Positions 25,380 to 37,624 of a DNA stretch of 64,000 nucleotides are shown in pieces. Source of the DNA: Chiloscyllium plagiosum (lineage: Eukaryota); the NCBI RefSeq assembly GCF_004010195.1, contig NC_057711.1, forward strand, positions 78,634,099 to 78,698,098, given 5' to 3'. The translations under genes and the position numbers were made by a program. Below the pieces are notes generated by a model, which saw only the letters and a program-made list of their open reading frames with translations, made no database searches and had not been told where the DNA came from. Every line of letters starts with the position of its first letter. The stretch's first letter is position 1.

Positions 25380-26160
25380 AACACTGAGAATTCTGAAGGA
25401 AAGGAATAATCTCCATTTAGAGGAGAGCTTGATCAGGGATAACCAATTTGGTTTTGTCAAAGGCAGGTTATGCCTCACAAATCTGGTTGAATTTTTCAAA
25501 GAGGTGACCAAGTGTGTAGATGAGGGTAGTGGAGTTGATTTAGTTTATGTAGATTTCAGCAAAGTCTTTGACAAAGTCCCACATGGGAGACTGATAAAGA
25601 AGGTAAAAGCATATGGGATCCATATTATCTTAGTAGCAGGAGAGAGAGGGTCGTGGTAGAGGTTATTTTTATGATTGGAGGCCAGGGTTCAGTGGCAGCC
25701 ATTGTGATCAGTGGTGGGTCCCTTATTGTTCATGATATAAATACATAACATAAATGAGACTATGGGGGATATGATAAATAGTTGGGGGATAATGCAAAGA
25801 TTGGTTCGGTGGGTGAGAGTGAGGTAAAAGGTCTTGAATTCTTGGAGGATATAATCAGATGAGCAGATGGAATTTAACCCTGAAATGAGTGAGATGATTC
25901 ACGTGGAAGAAGAAACAAGACAAATGAGTACTCAATGATTCTCCAGGATCTTGCCAGGAATGGAGCACATTAGCTATGAAAAGAAGCTGGATAAGCTTTT
26001 TTTTTCAGCAGAGTGGGCTGAAAGGAAAATCCTTGAATGAGCACTTGAAATGTCATATCATTCAAGGCTATGAGCTAGTGCTGGAAAGTGGGACTATTGT
26101 AAATTTAGTGTAATGGATGGCACAGACATGATGGGCTGAAGGACCTCTTCTGTACTCTGA
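25380..26160 (+). mobile_element. CR1 RT and 3' fragment with internal deletions
   Basis: QFGFVKGRLCLTNLVEFF...DFSKVFDKVPHGRL, followed by a CR1 tail. Confidence 0.85.
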
Positions 26161-26399
26161 TATTTTGAGGAGTAGCTTCAACGATTTAGTCTGGCAGAAT
26201 GGATGGACTGGCTTCCTTTTGTGCTAATTTCTGGAAATGCTACAAGATGTGCAAGCAGCTGTAAATTGAAATAACGGTTAATTAAATTTACCAATAGTTT
26301 GGTTTTGTTGATTTTTGCTACCAATATTTTCTTCCTCTTTGTTTCTCATGACATTGACTGAATGCTAAAGCGGTTGCTTTACAAGGTCTGCTACCATTA

Positions 26400-26612
26400 T
26401 TGAGAGTGTGGTGCTGGAAAAGCACAGCAGGTCAGGCAGCATCCGAGGAGGAGGAGAATTGATGTTTTGGGCATAAATCCTTCATCCCTGATGAAGGGAT
26501 TTTATCCAAAAGGTCGATTCTCCTGCCCCTCAGATGCTGCCTGACATGTTATGCTTTTCCAGCACCACACACTTGACTTTGATCTCCAGCATCTGCAGTC
26601 CTGACTTTCTCC
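26400..26612. mobile_element. Short palindromic Penelope-derived element with 13-bp TSD
   Basis: Inverted repeat centred near 26487. TSD TCTGCTACCATTA at 26387-26399 and 26613-26625. Hammerhead cores decayed. Confidence 0.85.
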
Positions 26613-27824
26613 TCTGCTACCATTACGTATCTAACACATGGCTGTTACTTCTGTATAAGATGTGACAGTGAATATTGGTGGGCTAGTTTACTGAAAAGAC
26701 CTTACACCTGAGCTTGACTGCCAAAAGCACAAATTTTTCGGTCATCAGATCATGGTCAATGATATTTTTTTCCTTTCACTTAACTAGAGGCACTGAATAC
26801 AGCTACAGTTCACCCTAATGAATTAATAATTAAGTAGAGAGCAGGGATCTTCGGACTTTAGAAGTTTGTAGGGCTCTTCAGTGCTGACCAAATCATATAT
26901 GGAGTGTATTTGTTAATGTTAGCTTGTCTTTGTCACTGTTCAGGAAGGTACTTATCTGGTATGAAACACCAGTATTTTCTGTTTCTGTTGCAAAACAATA
27001 TTAGCTTCACTTAGATTTTGAATTAATTTTGTATCCAATGATTTCATAGCTGAACTCTAATGTACAAGTTTTCAACTCTTTCAAACTAACAAATTGATCA
27101 ATTGAGGTATCCTTCACTAATGTATTTTGATGGACAAATCCCCAGTATGTCAGTTACTTAATTTTGGTTTGTCTGAACATTTTCTTATGGCAACATGCGG
27201 TTGAAATGATTGTCATAATATGTTCTGCTGTGTTACTAGCTCAAAGGCGAAGATCCCTAACAGTGATCTTCCACATTCAGTATTTGTTTCAGTTCCAATT
27301 TAAAAAAAAACACATTGAAGTTTGTAGTTAATTGGGAGAGTTATGAATTCCAAACTGCTGACGCATAATAGTCGAGACAATACAACGTTTTTCACAAAAT
27401 GTGCAGAATTTTGATTGTCTGTATCATCTGTATTGTCCTAATTGTGGCAATAAATGAAATCAAATAAATATCTTAAAATATAGTAATAAGAACTTGCATT
27501 TCTTATGGCATTGCAGCCATTACTACAGCTGTTCTCAGTGATTTCACACAGCACCGACAAATGAATTAGGTTCAGACTGTAGAGTTATTGTTGATCATTT
27601 ATTCCTTCTAAGCACATATCCACAGCAAAGCTGGCAGGAGTAATGACAGCTGTTGTAGATAAAGTAAAGTTAAGGAAATTTTGGGAGTTGGAGTGAGGTT
27701 AAACATTTGTAGTCTTAAGATCAACAAATTAACAATTATTTAAACTTTGACAGTCATCAAAACAGGATATGAATTGGGCACTCTCTTGTAGTTTTTTTCA
27801 TTTTCTGTTCTGATATGTTAACAG

Positions 27825-28160
27825 TTGTTTGCTGGAGATCAAGCCTCTCACAATCAGTCTGATACTACACAAATTCTTAATGCTTCCACAAATATTGCTG
27901 TTCAACTTGAAAATCAATCATTTGAATCCAAGTCCAAAAACTCAAAATGTAGCCACCAGAACTCAGAGAACAAACTTCCGAAATCTGAAGAAGCAGTTGG
28001 TTCTAATGAACATCGAACTAGCAAGCAATATTCATCCAGGAGGAATGGCCAACCCCAAGAATATGTGGTGGTTCAGGTTCCAGAGAAATTGCTAAGCCTT
28101 TCGGTGGCTGAACAGCCCATTGCTTCAGACGCATCTAACAGAGCAGCAGACAAGTCATAA
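27825..28160 (+). CDS. CEP78: Probable CEP78 terminal coding exon (low-complexity tail ending in TAA)
   Basis: Polypyrimidine tract plus aacag| acceptor; phase 0 fits the previous exon. 111 open codons in unique non-TE sequence, followed by an AT-rich UTR. Confidence 0.72.
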   Translation: MFAGDQASHNQSDTTQILNASTNIAVQLENQSFESKSKNSKCSHQNSENKLPKSEEAVGSNEHRTSKQYSSRRNGQPQEYVVVQVPEKLLSLSVAEQPIASDASNRAADKS

Positions 28161-28484
28161 AAGTGAAAGAATAACAAAGGCATCTTTTAACAAAGAGAAT
28201 TTTTTTAAAAAACAAGTTAATTGTCTTGTTGCTGTTGATAATGATGCTTCTTTGTTCACGGTAGGAGGGAATGAAAATGCACAAAAGACTGCTGATGAAT
28301 ATTTTATGAAATCTAAAACAGAATCAAATATTCTGAAATATTCATTCAATTGATACATTGTATAATGATTCATTTGAAATTTTTAAGTGATGCAATTGCT
28401 CTTCTATTTTGGAAAGTGTAAATGTTGCATTATGAAAGACTTGTAAATTTTACTGAATTTGTTACATTTTTTCTTATGCTGATT

Positions 28485-28490
28485 AATAAA
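28485..28490 (+). promoter_or_regulatory. Candidate CEP78 polyadenylation signal AATAAA
   Basis: AATAAA about 325 nt after the stop codon, with T-rich sequence downstream. Confidence 0.5.
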
Positions 28491-28834
28491 ATCCTAAATC
28501 ATACACTCAAGCTTGCAGAGCGTCAACTTTTTTGAGTATCCTATTATAAAAATTAATGTAAGCAGATAAACTCTCTTTAAATTCTTCTCATTGAGCGGCT
28601 GGTCTAATGTTTATTTTGTCCCTCATTCTGGTAGCAGGATCATTAGCAAAGTGGTTGGGAAAATTGAGATATCCAATCAACAAGGGAAGTGAGGGCATGC
28701 TATTTGTTCTGAAGAATATTATAGACTGAGCAGGTCTGGCAGAGGATGGGTCACTCAACCTGAAACATTAACTATGGTTTCTCTTCATAGATGCTACCAG
28801 ATCTGCTGAGCTTTTCCAGCTATTTTTATCTATA

Positions 28835-31800
28835 GGATTGAAATCCTGAGTCTATCATCCCCGGTTGAAATCCCGGCATACCCACTAAAGGTGTAAAATA
28901 AGATGTTTTGCCAATATTGCCTTCCCTCTGCCGAATTGCCCTCCATGCTTTGACAGTATTAATAATGATTAGGTTATGTCAATATTCCCTAACTGTCCTC
29001 ATTTTGTCTAAAAACAGCGAGCTAGTAAGGGGGCAACTTGCCTGGGAGACTTTGATATCTAACTATATTGAAAGAGAATCCCCCACAAGCCCAATCATTC
29101 ACTTAGGATAAAAGAGAGCTTAATTGGTAATTTTTAATGTCCGGAAGGTCCACTCCCCTCAATCTGTGAGGCAGTTGCACTTTAGCTAATTTAATGAGGG
29201 ATCGCTTATGATGCCAAATAAAGGAGCTGAACCAGCTCCAGTCTCCTGAATGTTTGTTTATTGAAAGTTGGGGAGCATCCGTATAGCAAATAGGGGAGAA
29301 TATTCATCTTAATAAGCGCTATCCGACCCAACCACTAGACTGGAAGTGCCTCCTATCTTTGAAGGTCTTGTTTGATTTTGTCAAATAATTGAGCAAAATT
29401 GGCTTTGAACAGCCGATCCAGACCTGGAGTAATGAATATGCCCAAATAAACCCCCCTGTGATCATTTAAATGGGAATCGATATTCGCCCTCAAGACCTAG
29501 CTCCTTCCTAAGACTTCCCATAGACATAACTTCCGATTTCGCAAAATTACTATTGTACCCTGAAAAGGACACAAATGTGCAGATGCATTGTATCAGGAGA
29601 GGCACTGAAATTGCTGGATTTGACAAAAAATTAGGACATCGTCCGCATATAACGAAATCTTATGCAATTTTGACCCCACTTCTGGAACTGCCCCTAAAAA
29701 TGTTAAAATTGCTTGATCGCACCCCATTGGTGATGACTACTGCGAGAGGGCCACTGTAGAGAATCTTTACCCATCTTATAAAGGCCTCACCCAAGTCAAA
29801 CGCTACAGAGTATTAAATAGATACAACCATTCAACTTGGTCCAATGCCTTCTCTGCATCTAGAGAAATCACCAGTTTCTGTAATGACTGTTGTTGATAGG
29901 CTTGAATTACATTAAGTAGCCTCCTAACATTATAGGAGGGTCTACGGCCCTTCATGAAGCCCGTCTGATCCTCTGTAACAATAGAAGGTAACACAGTCTC
30001 CAGCCATAACGCGAGAGTCTTAGAGAGGATTTTAAAGTCCACATTTAAGAGTGAAATGGGTCTATACAACACAGCCCTCCGGGACCTCCCTTTTCTAAGA
30101 AAGAGTGAAATATTGGCCTCTCTCAGAGATGGTGGGAGACAAGCATGACTGTATGAATCATTAAATATATTGAGCATCGGGCCTGACAATGTTTATAAAT
30201 TCCTTATTGAATTTGCTGGGAAGTCCATCAGGACCGGGCACCTTTCCACTCTGAAGCTGCTTGTTCGGGGGTCACGCCCAGGAGCTACAGATCCTTAAAA
30301 AAATTCCATTTTGGCCAGCCCTCCTCACAACCCTCAGATTGGTATAACTTAGAGTAAAATCTCTGAAGTGCCGCATTAATCTTTTTAGAGTCGCATGTTG
30401 GGTTCCCAGATCCTTCCCTAATCGCCGTAATGGCTTGTGGGGCACTCCTTTTCCTAACAAGATATGCTAAGTATTTGCCTGGCTTGTCACCATGCTCGTA
30501 TAACCTTTGCTTTGCAAAAGCAAGATCCTTCTTTGCCGTCTGCATGAGCAGGAATTCAATGCAGACTTTGGCAGTTTCCCAAAGAGCGGATGGACTACTA
30601 GGCAAGCCTGAGTTAATGTGTAGGAATGCCCGAAATCCCCTAGAAAAATACTCCACAAACTTATTATCCTTGAGGATAAAGGGATCTATTTGCCAGTGCC
30701 TCGAACTCACTGTAATGTCCTTAATCTTAACCATAAGGTACACTGGGGCATGATCAGAGATGGTAATATTACCAATCATACAAGATGCCACCAAGTCCGG
30801 GGTTGCCACAGGGGTCAGAGAGAGAGAAAAAAATCAATCCTGGTGTGGCATCTGTATGCATTGGAGAAAAATGTAAAATCCCTGTAGGGTGGAGACGCCT
30901 CCAGACGGCCACCAATCCTAACTCCACACAAAGATCCACTAATTGTTTAGTTTGTACAGAGGGTATCAAGGGACCTTTGGGCAACCTGTCTACTGTGGGA
31001 TCCATGAGTCAGTTAAAATCTCTCCCTATAATGATGTGCCAGGACTCGAGACTGATCACTTTAGAAAATGCATCTACCAGAAAGGGATAAGCTGAAGGGC
31101 AATAAACATTTAAAACATATTCTTCCCCATTTATCAAAGCTTTAAGAATTACAAACCTCCTGTGTGTGTCTTTAACACACTCAAGTAACTTAAATGGGAG
31201 ATTCTTCCTAATCGATATAACCACTCCCCTACTTCTGGTATTAAATGATGAAAAATAAACTCAATTAAAGCCATTCTGTCATAATTTCAAATGCTCCCTA
31301 TCATCCAAGTGTGTCTCCTGTAACAAAGCAATATCCACCTTCTTTCTAAGACTCAGAAGTACCTTCTTCCTCTTAATTGGTGAGTGACTTCCCTCGATAT
31401 TCCAGGTACACCATTTAATCAAGTCATTAGCCATACCTTTCTGCAGTAACATTTAAATTCCAGAGAGGAGGAACTCGAACCACCAATCGCTGAACCTTAG
31501 TGTCACCAGATCTATCGAACATAAAAACTACATAAACTAAACCACTACATTTAACAAACCTACAAAACTATTAAAAACAACAAAAACCAAAAAAAAACAA
31601 TATATAAAGCGCTAATGGTGCTGAATAGGGGAACCCACCCCCTGCCCAGAGGGGGCAACTACCCATCCCAAACTGCCCAAAAATAGGCAGCTATCCATTT
31701 TCCCTTCTCCTAGCTAGAGCCGCACCCTGAACACAAGTAGAAAAGAAAGTAAACACACCATAGAATAGCAATATGAATAAAGAAACAAAGGGGTGAGTAC

Positions 31801-31925
31801 GCCACCCATCCTTTGGTATATCTTAACTTAGAAATTGAAAACGCACATCTCAACTGCTGCCAAACATTATTTAAACCAAATTATTATCAATAGTAAAAAA
31901 AAAAGAGAAAAGAAAGCCCCATCCT
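28835..31925 (-). mobile_element. L1-clade LINE: inter-ORF spacer plus degraded ORF2 (APE endonuclease and RT)
   Basis: ORF2 starts near 31434 (MANDLIKWCTWNI...LLQETHL). Later motifs IGRDFN, ISDHAPV, YRPISLLNVDFKILSK, SLDAEKA. Confidence 0.9.
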
Positions 31926-32124
31926 GGTAGTCTTTGGTGTGCATGGCACTATATGCTTATATGCCTCTTTGAAGTCCCAGAACTGCCCACTACTCATCTT
32001 AGTCATCCTTCTGTATCTTCAAATGGCTCCAAAACTTAGACTATGCATAGATGCAATCTCAAGACTCTGCAGAAATACCATAAATGATGTTTGAGACAGA
32101 TTATCTGCATCAGTTGACAGGACA

Positions 32125-32640
32125 AGCATATCTTAAAGCAGCTAATAGCTCCAGCATCAAGACCAGAATCATCCAAAGCCAAATCCATTGGGCCAGCCAC
32201 TTGCTTAGGATGCCTAAGTTCTGACTACCAAAGTAAATCTTCCTCACCCAGCTTAAGGAAGGCACTTGAATGAGAGGAGGATAAAACAAAAAGTGTTTCA
32301 AAGACTCCTTGAAGACTTCCCTCAAAAAATACAACACTTTTGTTAATGTATGGGAGACCCTTGTTCAGAAGAAACTAACTTGAAGGAAACTCCTGTATGA
32401 AGGATACAATTTTTTGAGGATACCAGTCAGCAAGAAGTACAGAAAAGGAACCAGAGAAAAGAATGCCAACAATCTCAATGACAAGGACCATTTCCACTTC
32501 TTGGAACTAACTACCAAATCTCTAGTTGGAAATGCGCTCTAGGATCAGGCACATTAGCCACACAAGGACCTATAGAACTCATGACCAGTGACACAGAATT
32601 TCAACCATGCTCATTCGTGAGTGATTCCCACCAATAATGG
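32125..32640 (+). mobile_element. RTE-clade LINE 3' fragment
   Basis: QIHWASHLLRMP..LPK.I...LKEG..RGG..K.FKDSLK.SLK...WETL, a typical RTE C-terminus. Confidence 0.75.
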
Positions 32641-32715
32641 GGAATTTCTGCAGTGCATGTTATAGATAGTATACCCTGGCTACTACTGAGCATTAGTATT
32701 GGAAGGAATGAATGT

Positions 32716-33430
32716 TTAGATTTAATTTTAGATTTAGATATTATTGTCATGTGCAGTTGAGTACAGTGAAAAGTGTACAAAGTCGTCATTGTCCAGCACC
32801 ATTTAGTACATAAAACAAAGAATTATAAGCAGGAGTAGAAATAAAATGAAACGTCTCGATCACTCCACCACGAGTCCTGGCAACCAGAAAAGCAAAGCCA
32901 CAAAGTCTATCCCTCCGTCTGCAAACAGACAGGTGCTCTGAGACCCTTCACGCCACCACAGCCAGAATGCCACCAGCTTCACCATCATGTATCAGGGCCA
33001 AGCCGTGGCCTGGGGCAGCACCACTGGCGCTGGAATCGTGTTGCCATTCTTCAGCACCATCTTGCCTCCACCAATGATGTCACCATGAGTCTGTGCTAGG
33101 CAAAATGCAGCTACGCAGCCACCACTGAAGCAGCCGGGTCCCAAAGTGGGCTCAAACTTGACACTGAGCCCACACCACCAAAACAGCAGGTGCCTCTTCT
33201 GGCTTAAGTTGCTGCGACTGCCACCTCCTGGCACCACTATTTTAGCAAAGAGACTTCTGCTGCCAACATTCCGGAAAGAAACCTCTCCTGCCAAAAAAGG
33301 GAAAAAAGAAACAGTAAAAGTAAAAGAAAGAGGAAAAAAGGGGAAAACATAGAAAGGCAGACAGAAGCGGATGAATCACGAGCTCAGGATTCGGGTCCAA
33401 ACGCTGCTGCTCCACTGCTGTCACCTTGGA
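32716..33430 (-). mobile_element. Probable non-coding retroposon with a LINE-like 3' tail
   Basis: Minus strand has a GC-rich head and body and ends ...CACTGTACTC...TGACAATAA followed by (ATCTAA)-like repeats. Confidence 0.4.
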
Positions 33431-34525
33431 TGTGGTGCCAATTAAATGGGTTGCTTTGTCCTACATGATGTCAAACTTCTTAAGTTTGTCAGAGCTGCAC
33501 ACATCCCGTCAAATAGGGTGTGTTCCATCACAGGCCACATTTGTGTCTTCTAGATGATGGATGGGTTTGAGACATCAGGAGGTAAGTTACTCATTGTATC
33601 ATTCCTAGCCCCTGACCTGCTTTATAACCACATAATATCTATGGATAGCTCAGATCAGTTTCTGACCAATGACATGATGTTGATGTTGGGGGATTCTGTG
33701 ATGGTAATGCAACAGAACATCAAGGATGATAGTTAGATTCTACAAATGGCCTTGTTACAAATAGTCATTGCCTGGTACTTGTATGGTGCAGATGTTATTT
33801 ACCACTTTGCAGCCCAAACCTGGATATTGTCCAGGCCTTGCTGCATTTGCACATCGACTGCTTCAGTATTTATGGAGTCACAAATAATGCTAAACATTGT
33901 GCAGTCATCAGTAAACATTCCCATTTCTAACTTTACGATGGGGGGGAAGGTCATTGATGGGTGGGCAAAGAGAGTTTCTACCCTGAGGACCTCATGCAAA
34001 GATGTCTCGGAGCTGAGATAACTGACTTCTGACCATCACAACCATCTTTCTTCGTGCCAATTGTGACTTCTTCCAGAAGAGTTTTCCTTGATACCTATTG
34101 AGTCCAGTTTTGCTCAGGTTCCTTGATGTCACATTTGGTTGAATGCAGTCATTTTAACCTTCCCTGTGAAATTCAACTCCTTCAACCATGTTTGAATTAA
34201 GGCTGTAATGAAATCAGGAGATGAGTGGTCTTGGCAGAACTTAAACTGAACATCTGTGAGCAGGTTATAGCTAAGCAATTACTGCCTGATAGCACTGTTG
34301 GTAACACTCTCTATTACCTTACTGATGACCGAGAGTACAATGACGGGGTAATAATTGTTAGATTTGTTTCAATTTAAGTGTACAGGGCATACTGGATAAT
34401 TATCCCCATTGTCAGATAGAATTCAGTATTCTTGCTGCGCTGGAACAGTTTGGCTAGGCACATGACACGTTCTGGAGCATGTGTTCAGTGTTACTGTAGG
34501 AATGGTGTCAGGGCCAGTGGCCTTC
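33431..34525 (-). mobile_element. Second CR1/L2-superclade LINE RT fragment
   Basis: GMFTDDCTMF...QMQQGLDNIQVWAAKW; same family as 2274-3095. Confidence 0.78.
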
Positions 34526-34534
34526 AGACGAACA

Positions 34535-34847
34535 GAGTGGCACGATGGCTCAGTGGTTAGCACTGCTGCCTCACAGCACCAGGAACCCAGGTTCGATTCC
34601 ACCCTCGGGCAACTGTCTTTGTGGAGTTTGCACATTCTCCCCGTGCCTGCATGGGTTTCCTCCGGGTGCTCCGGTTTCCTCCCACAGTCCAAAGATGTGC
34701 AGGTCAGGTGAATTGGCCATACTAAATTGCCCGTAGTGTTAGGTAAGGGTAAATGTAGGGGGTATGGGTGGGTTGCGCTTCGGCGGGTCGGTGTGGACTT
34801 GTTGGGCCGAAGGGCCTGTTTCCACACTGTAATGTAATCTAATCTAA
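34535..34847 (+). mobile_element. HE1-like V-SINE, full length
   Basis: A and B boxes, V core, CR1-like tail ending in (AATCT)n. Confidence 0.93.
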
Positions 34848-34904
34848 TAAAGGTTGAGGTCAATACATTAGTCAGAATAGATCTTGGATCAGAAGATCAA
34901 GGTA

Positions 34905-35123
34905 CAGGCCGTTCTGCTCTAATGCGTGTTTCGTTAACGCAAATTCACTATAACGCGATTGACAAGTTGGACCCACAGTTTCTAAAACGTGAACATCTAA
35001 AAGATGTATTGGTTATAATGCGATTCTGGACCCATTACTTTAAATGGTGCTGCTATTATGTGATTTTCTTATAACACAGAATTGCACGAGAACAGAACTA
35101 TTGCGTTATAGCAGAACCCACTG
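34905..35123. mobile_element. Tc1/mariner (Tigger/pogo-like) MITE
   Basis: TA|CAGGCCGTTCTGCTCTAATGC ... GCGTTATAGCAGAACCCACTG: ~21-bp imperfect TIRs, with internal TATAACGCG-like repeats. Confidence 0.75.
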
Positions 35124-35334
35124 AACAGAATCAGCTTAGGTGAAACTCAGAAACAGCAAGACGTTGTTTACAGGCCACCAAGCTGTAGTCATGTAGGGCA
35201 CGGAATAACTCAAGAATTTAAAGATGCATGTAGAAAGGGGAATTCTATAATCATCAATTTACATATAAACTGGGTAAACGCATTTAGCTCTAATATGGTG
35301 GAGACCAATTCATGGAGCATATACAGTTTCAGAT

Positions 35335-35485
35335 CATAAGGCCATACGATGTAGCAGCAAAAGCAGGTCATTTGGCCCATCGAATTTGCTCTGCCATTCA
35401 ATGAAATCATGACTGATCTGCTAATCCTCAACATTCTTGCCTTACCCTCATAACTTTTGATTTCCTTACTAATTAAAAGTCTGTT
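35335..35485 (-). mobile_element. CR1 3' tail
   Basis: Reverse complement of a CR1 3'UTR (GATCAGTCATGAT...AATGGCAGAGC). Confidence 0.6.
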
Positions 35486-35488
35486 GAT

Positions 35489-36675
35489 GGGGGAGATCCA
35501 AGATGGTGTCGATCTAGGAGGATTGCATCGCACCACAGCATAAGCGAGACGAACCTTCAACCCGCCCAACCTGGATCATCGTGATATCCTGGGACTCTAG
35601 GAAGATCATGGAGTTCCAAGAAACTTTGAAAAGTTAACTTACCTGCGTTTCCTGCCATCCAGAAATGCCGAAAAAAGGAGGAGCATCTGAGGCCGGGCCT
35701 GCAGCTCAGCTTGCAGGATCCTTGGACTTGATTACCATCCAGGCCCTGGTGAACAAGCTCGCGAAATCTCGCGAGATGTAGGGGAAACAAATAGAAGAGA
35801 AGCTGGCTCCAATCTCTATCATGCTGCAGAAGCATGAACAGCAGCTGGGAGACCTGGGAAAGAGTTCGGATGTAGTTGAGCACACAGTCACAGTGGTGGA
35901 AGCTGATCCCAGTCCATCCAAGGACAGGATCCAAGCCCTGGAGATGCATGTCCGTAATTTGTGTGACCAAGTGGATGATCTTGAGAACAGGGGCAGGAGT
36001 AAAAAATATTCAGATCATCGGTCAACCTGAGGGTAAGGAAGGTGAGCAGCCTACGGAATTTATTGAGGACTGGCTACCGAAATTCCTTATCTGGAGGCTG
36101 GCATGAGAGGCTTGAAGATCGAGAGGGATCACCAGGTCACGGCGTGGAGATCGGGCTTGGGTTAACATCCTTGTCATCTCATGGTGCGGTTCCATCACTA
36201 TAGAGATAAGGAGAGAATCATGAAAGCTTCCAGAATCCAGGGGAAGGATCCAAAGGCCCTAATCTATGAGGGCTCCATGATCGTGTTCTTCCAGGACGTC
36301 TCAGCAGTGGTGATCCAGAAAAGAAAATCTTATGACGGTGTCAAGAGAGGTCTGAGGGAGCTTGGGATCCAGTACTCTCTGAGGTATCCGGCAGTGCTTC
36401 AGATCAGTTTACATGGATCCAGATATCTCTTTGACACTTCGGAGAAGGCAAGAGACTGTGTGGACAAATTAACCTAATCTGAACAATTTAGTATGATAAA
36501 TAGTAGTGTTGTTTGGGTATGTATTTGTCGTTTTGTAAAAGAAACAGAGGAAGTCCGGATGGGGCTTTCTTTTCTCTTTTTTTTACTGATAATAATTTGG
36601 TTTAAACAATGTTTGGCAGCAGTTGAGATGTGTATTTTCAATTTCTAAGTTAAGATATACCAAAGGATGGATGGG
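35489..36675 (+). mobile_element. L1 5' end: 5'UTR, ORF1p (coiled coil, RRM, CTD) and start of spacer
   Basis: DDLENRGRSKNIQIIG.PEGKEG, VRFHHYRDKERIM, FFQDVS...KRKSY...LRYPAVL (L1 ORF1p); frameshifted. Confidence 0.9.
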
Positions 36676-37074
36676 ATCCTTCAACCTGTTGAATCCAGAC
36701 AAAGAAAGGTTTCTATATGAGGGCGGTCAAGTTAAATATTCAAAAGAGAAGCTGCTTAAAAACCTCAGAAATTAATTAGGCACTCACTTGTAGATTATTC
36801 TTGATTTCCCTCATTTGACATAATGGATAATTTTGATGAAGGAGTGCCTATATTTACACAATAAGCTTTACAGGGTACTTTGCATTGTTTATAATGATTG
36901 CCTTGTTTGTTTTCAGATAGTAGATTATTATGCAAACGTATGTATTTCTAATCCCTACTTTTGGAACCTGAGGGACCTGATACACAAGCAACATATTCAC
37001 TTGTTCAGTACTTGGTGTTTCTTTGTGAATGCATTAATGGCATTTCCCTGAGTGCATGTTGCTATGTTTGTGTA

Positions 37075-37350
37075 AAAAGAGAAAGTGCTGGAGAAACTCA
37101 GCAAGTCTGAAGGCATCTGTAAACAGAGAAACAAAGTTAACATTTCAAACCCAATAATACTGTTCTTCAGAACTAACGACAAATGGAAACATGGATTAAA
37201 AACAAAACTTGCTGAAGAAACATGATAGGTCTGAAGAAGAGTCATACTCGACTCAAAATGTGAACTCCACTGATGCAGCCAGATGTGAAAAGTTTCTTCA
37301 GCAGTTTTTGTTTCAGTTCAGATTTCCAACATCTGCAGTGTTTTGTTTGA
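37075..37350. mobile_element. Older palindromic PLE-derived element (third family) with decayed hammerhead motifs on both strands
   Basis: Plus strand: CTGAAGA-A-GAGTC-ATACTC-GACTC-AAAA at 37231-37258. Minus strand: gtt-CTGAAGA...GAAA-TG-TT-aac at 37135-37174. Confidence 0.65.
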
Positions 37351-37624
37351 GAGATGTAAATATGTTGGGTTTTACACTATTTAACAAGCAAAGGTAAGGG
37401 AGCAACGGAGATTAAATATCAAAGGAAATGGGACTGGATAATAGTAAAGGAAGAAAGAATTGACCCAGAGAAGGTACTAATAACAGAGTAAAGATCAGTC
37501 CTGACTGAATGAAAAAAAATGAAAACAAGATAGTGACACTGGGAGAAAAAAAAATCTATCAAAATAGGGAAGAATTCACTGACTGAATTTATAGAACTCA
37601 ATGCTGAGTGCAGAAAGATTGACA

